From the NCBI GenBank assembly GCA_015680685.1, contig MNCI01000690.1, positions 62,001 to 126,000 of the forward strand: 64,000 bases of DNA. Reading direction: 5' to 3'. Below are positions 58,901-64,000 of the stretch, piece by piece (within the stretch, counting starts at the first letter, position 1; each line of letters begins with the position of its first letter). The translations under genes and the position numbers were made by a program. Source of the stretch: Gnetum montanum. Taxonomy: Eukaryota; Plantae; Gnetophyta. The notes under the pieces are model-generated. The model was not told the origin of the DNA, did not search any database, and saw nothing but the letters and a program-made list of their open reading frames with translations.

Positions 58901-61656
58901 TTCCTTACCAAAGCCTTTTTGACAAGACCAAGCATTAATCTTGTTTTTATCATCATGAGTATAGTTTAGAGTTTGCTTACAACCAAAATATTTACAAATA
59001 AATAAAGTATTACCCTTACGATCAAAATTATCAAACCTATCTATGCTTGAGCTTTAATTTTCATGTGTGGCTTCCTCTAAATTCTTTGGCTATTTTCTAG
59101 GAGTATCCTCTTCTTGAACCTTGTTGCAATCCTTATTAAAAGAGGTTAGTTGTTGAATCTCAGCTTATATGTCTAAGATCTCTTCTTTAACTTCAACATG
59201 AATATTATCCAACTTAGAAATTACAAATTTTTTTGTCTTCCTAATCAAATGATGTAAAAGAAAATTTTATTCTTTAAATTCACTATACCTTTTATCACAC
59301 TTACCATCTTGTTTAGCCACATGTGAGGAATTTTCATCTATAAGTGCCATGCATATGAGGTGTGAAGTTTTGGAAGAATTGCATGCTTCTTCTTCACTTT
59401 GTTTACCACTATCCCAACTTGTATAAAATTTATTCTTTTTTGGTTCCTTATCATTAGATCTATTCTTTGGTTGTATCTTGCTATCATTAGGATCACAAGG
59501 ATATTCGAATGTCATATGGCCTCTTCCTCCACAAACCCAACATTCTATGGAATGGAAATCAAAGTTAGAATTTAAATTTCTACCTCTTTCTCTACCTTTG
59601 AGTAGATTGGGTCTTTGTTGCGATGCCTCCTTGTTTCTTCTTGTTAATAGTCATTATAGCCTCCTTGAAAGAAGGGAAATCTCATCTTCACTAACCTCAT
59701 CATGTTTATTGAACTCCTTCTCTTTGGAGGTAGTCTTTAGAGCAATAGGTCTTTCTTGGATTTCTCATTCACATATGAAATTCATTTCATAAGCAATGAG
59801 AGCACTTTGAAGCTTTTCAAATTTTAAGGTAGAGAAATTTCTGGTCTCCTCCATAGCCATGACCTTTGATCTGAACTTTGATTGTAGAGCTTTGATCATT
59901 TTGATGATGACATCTCTTTTGGGAAAGTCTTTACTTGCTCCTCTAATAGCTACAACAAGATCATTTGCTCTAGAGAAATAATCTTTTATTTTCTCACCTT
60001 CTCTCATTTTGAGTATATCATATTCACTTTGTAAAACTAACAATTTTGATTGCTTAACAATAGATGTTCCTTCATAAGTAGCTTCTAAAGTGTACCAAAT
60101 TTCTTTGGCCATTTTACATCTTGCTACTCTATTAAATTTAGATTTATTCAATGCACAATATATATTTTTTTTTTTACTTTTTAACCAAACATGAACTTAT
60201 CCTTTTCCTCTTATGTCCATTTGTTGTGAGGCTTGACAATGCTAATGGAATTGTTGACAAGCAGACCGTAGCCTTCAAGGATTAACTCCCATACTTTAAA
60301 CTCCATGGATTCGATAGGTGCCTTTATGTAATATGTCCCCTCCATTGTTCACTCTTGAAGTTGATGATGACAAATAAGAGTATCAAGATTCGATACCATT
60401 TGTGGATCATTGAACTTAGAAGGGGGGAGGAGGCATGAATGGGAATGAATAAGTTTCTCAAATTGAAATTCTTTAGACAAAGCATACATACCAAATTTAG
60501 CATGGTTCCCCAACTTGGGTAGTCCACACTTAGAGGGCAGATTGCAAGCACACCCTTGGACTTTGTTGCTCTCAAATATGGTTTGAAGGATTAACACCTT
60601 GTATAATCTTCAAGCCCCACTCTAGAGTGTTGTGATGTTGCACCAACCACACAATTCCACAAGGTTTTGTCAGGCTTGGAACGTGGTTTCCAGGCTTCCA
60701 CAACCTTTATAATCTTGAGCTCCACTCAAGAGTGTTGTGCTACAACACCAATCACTCAATTTCGAAGGATCTCAATAACCTTAATCAAGATGCCTTCCCA
60801 CAAGAAGCACATCAACCTTATAGGGAAACAAGGAAGAACAACAATTACAAGGGATGAATGCAACTTAGTTTGCTAATCCTTGTACTTTAAGGTATAACAC
60901 ACTTTACAATGGAAAAAATGATAATACAATGAAGAGCAACAATTATTACAATGATTGAAAAATGATTAGATAATGATTGTACAAGAGCTTTCACATTTCC
61001 CAATGCATATGATATCTTCTTATAGCTATCATGTTTCCAAATCCATCTTGGAACTCATGCAACAGTTAGCTAACAGTAGCTAACATCCATGGAAGACGTC
61101 TTCTTCATGCCTGAGACATCTTTTTGTATTTGCCTTCTATTTTAGGGAAGACATCTTTGTCTGGAAAATATGTCTTTTTGAATTCTCCATTTTGGAAATA
61201 TCTCTTTGTTTCGTGAAACATGTATTTTTGAAACTGACCTACATTCTATGAAGATGTCTTTGCATGGTGGAAGATGTCTTTACTTAAGGAAAGATGTCTA
61301 TTGTTTCTTGAAGATGTCTTTGCCTGTGCATCCTCCAATTCTACCAAGATGTCTATTGTTTCTCAGAGATGTCTTTCTTCAACCTTCCTTTGCATGATGA
61401 ATTCATCATTCCTTGTTCATAATCTTACATTCCCACACACGTCCATGATGACAAATTTTCTTGTCCATGTTCTTTGAATTCTCTTTTTTTGAGCTTTTCT
61501 TTTGTAGATGAGATCTTAAGACCTTGTGGATGACTTTCTCCTTTTGTCTACATCAATGTGTTCCTTATCATTTCATCTTGGTCCTACAACCACACAACCA
61601 CACACACAACCTTTGTCTTCATTTTCTTAACATTTTAACATACCAAAAGGTTCACA
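55923..61656 (-). mobile_element. Nested gag-only SIRE-type copia element, LTRs 55923-57127 and 60401-61656
   Basis: TSD CTCAT/CTCAC; iMet PBS TGGTATCGAATC (60387-98); Sirevirus-type PPT CACCAAAAAGGAGGAGAT (57128-45); gag FNRVARCK.AKEIW.TLE.TYEGT..VK.SKL; CWVCGGRGH; no pol motifs seen. Confidence 0.88.
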
Positions 61657-61914
61657 CTCACAGCTTTGTAAATGTTGTGGTGTCATTTAAACCACCTTTT
61701 TTTTAAGAAACAAAGGCTGGAGGTGTGTAAGGATTCTACCCTCTAAGTATGGAAGTATCCAAGTTGGGGAATAGTATACAATTGTGGATAGTTTTTGGTG
61801 TCTTGATTCTTCAAATTGGGGAACTTATTCAACTCCCTTCTAAGTTCTCAATCCTCAAGTGGTATTAGAGCCTAGTACTCTTAAACTTAGAGCTTAATAT
61901 CTCTAGAGTGAACA

Positions 61915-64000
61915 ATGAAGGGACCTTATTTCATTAAGCCACAAAAGTTAGATGGATTCAACTTGACAAATTGGAGAGCTAGAATGATAAGATTCATTCA
62001 ATTCATCTTGAGAAGCTACATGCAATTCATCTACCACAAACGTAAGGCAAGAGGTGAGTGTGCAACTTTTCTGATCATAATGATTCCTCTATGTAATGTG
62101 TTGGAAGAGGCCATATGGCCTCCAAAAGCTCTTGTTCTTGCAGGTTACATGAAGTAGAATTTAGTAAAGAAATAAGAACTCCCAACATCAATACTAAGTG
62201 GGATAAAAAAGGAAAAACCAACTATGCATTTGAAGACTCTCATTATTTATGTATTTCTTTGGCAAATCAAGAATCCATTGATGATCCAACATCTTATGGT
62301 GAAACTTAAGAAGATGAGATTACTTTGAAAGAAAGGTATGAGTTACTTTGTAATGGGGTTATTTCCTTTCAAAATTTATGTTTTAAAATGAAAGATATTT
62401 TGCATGATAAAGAAATAAAAATTACAACTCTTAATTCTAAATATTTATATCTTAAGAATAAAAACTCAAACATTAACGACTAAGGTTAAAAGGTTAACAA
62501 GTATTGTTGAGCAAACTAAAAAAATATTATTAGATGAAAAGGTCAACTTTGAAAGATACATTGAAGAGAGAGGTCAAGACCAAAGACATCTACACATCAA
62601 GGTATCATCATCAAGTTTTGCAAATTTAATGAAATATTCTTCCAACTTTGGTAATGCAGTTAAAATTAAAAACATAACTTGTTTCTATTGTGGGAAAATT
62701 GGACATGTTTAGGCTTGTTGTTATTTATGGTTAAAACACTACACTTGGTCTTTTTCAAAACAACCTAGAAAAGGTGCTTTGCAGGGAAAACATTTTGGAG
62801 GCTAAAAAAAAAGAGCTTTGAACAAGGAATGATTGCACAAGTTGCACTCTCTACTATTAAAACAAGCACATGGTACATTGACAGTGGTTGTTCAAGACAT
62901 ATGATAGGAGACAAATCTCAATTCATACACTTTTCAGAATAGAACTATGAAACTATCACCTTTGGAGATGACATAAAAGCTCCAATCAAAGGTATTAGTA
63001 CCATTGGAGGTAAAGATAAGGGTCAACCTACTATCAATCATGTCTTTTTTGTTGAAGGACTAAAACATAATCTTCTTAGTTAGTCAACTTTGTGATTTAA
63101 ATTTTGATGTTACCTTTTCTAAAGATACTTGTAAAGTAAAAGATTTGCTATTCAAAAAAATTATTATTGAAGGGAACAAAAATGCAAATGTTTATACTAC
63201 TATTTTTTTATGATACCCCAACCTTGAATCTAAGTGCTTGATCAATAGTACAGATGATGTTCATATGTTGCATAGAAAACTAGGTCACATAAACAAAGAC
63301 ATTCTTTAAACCATTGTCTTGAAAGAGATGGTTCATGGGTTGCCTAAACTCAAGAAATTTTCCTTGAATACTTGAAAAGTTTGTCAAAAAGGAAAGCAAA
63401 CAAGGGTTAGGTATGGTAATAAAAATTGCATGTCTACCTCTCATCCTTTAGATTTGGTTGATCCTTTTTAAACTCTTAGTTTGGGAAATATAAAGGTATT
63501 TTCAAACTATTGTTGATGATTTCTCATGGTTTACTTGAGTTGCTTTCCTATATAAGAAGGATGAAGTTTCAGATCATTTTATGATAATTTGTAATTAGAT
63601 ACAGAATGAACAAGATTATGGTATCAAGGTCATCAGAAGTGATAATTGAGGAGAATTTAAGAATGCTAAATTTAAAAAATACTATTAGATGAATGACATT
63701 CTATATCAATTTTCTACCCCTAGACTCCTCAACAAAATGGTGTTGTAAAAAGAAAAAATAGGATCTTGAATGAAATGGGGAGAACTATTTTAAATGACAA
63801 AAATCTCCCTTATCACTTTTGGGTTGAAGTAATCAACACTACTTACTATGTCTCCAACAAAGTTCTGGTAAGAAGATTCACTACTAAAACTTCTTATAAA
63901 TTATGGATTGGTAGAAAGCCATTTGCTGGTTATTTTCATGTTTTTGGCTCAAAATGCTATATTCTTAATGATAATGATGGTTTGAAAAAATTTTATTCCA
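61915..64000 (+). pseudogene. Degenerate copia gag-PR-INT
   Basis: Copia gag, protease (WYIDSGCSRHM) and integrase motifs broken by many stops and frameshifts. Confidence 0.85.

Larger units (their letters stand above)
55082..64000 (+). mobile_element. SIRE-type Ty1/copia element (host); its 5' LTR (55082-55922 plus 61662-61857) is split by a nested element; it runs off the window
   Basis: TGTTGACC start; ..CCTCA then PBS TGGTATTAGAGCC (61860-72); gag P.KLDG.N..NWRARM; CFYCGKIGH; protease WYIDSGCSRHM; integrase HRKLGH, DDFS, IRSDN.GEF, PRTPQQNGVV.RKNR. Confidence 0.9.

Overview
Plant nuclear DNA, TE-rich and heavily eroded by CG/CHG deamination (most premature stops in TE frames are TAG/TGA). 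It is probably from a seed plant; a gymnosperm is plausible but cannot be shown from this window. There are two intact, convergent host genes: a 3-exon very-long-chain 3-oxoacyl-CoA reductase (KCR1, +, 10271-16181) and a 7-exon mitochondrial ATP synthase assembly factor (ATP10, -, 37058-19515). Two related Athila-type Ty3 elements with tRNA-Asp PBS have complementary content. Element 1 (1-8932) keeps gag-PR plus a long Transposase_32-like/coiled-coil ORF but has lost RT-RH-INT by an in-frame deletion. Element 2 (37688-47492, TSD TTTTG) keeps pol but lacks that ORF. ATP10 intron 2 holds a TSD-bounded RTE LINE interrupted by an L1 whose ORF2 continues in frame into a ~500-aa extra PMD/Transposase_32-like plus coiled-coil region, which is the most unusual item here. 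ATP10 intron 3 holds a 1.35-kb fold-back element with TG..CA ends and a 5-bp TSD. The right end has a mosaic of gene fragments (CYP92-like, TRAPPC12-like), SINE families and nested SIRE-type copia elements. All alignments and counts were done by eye; family assignments rest on remembered motifs, not on searches.
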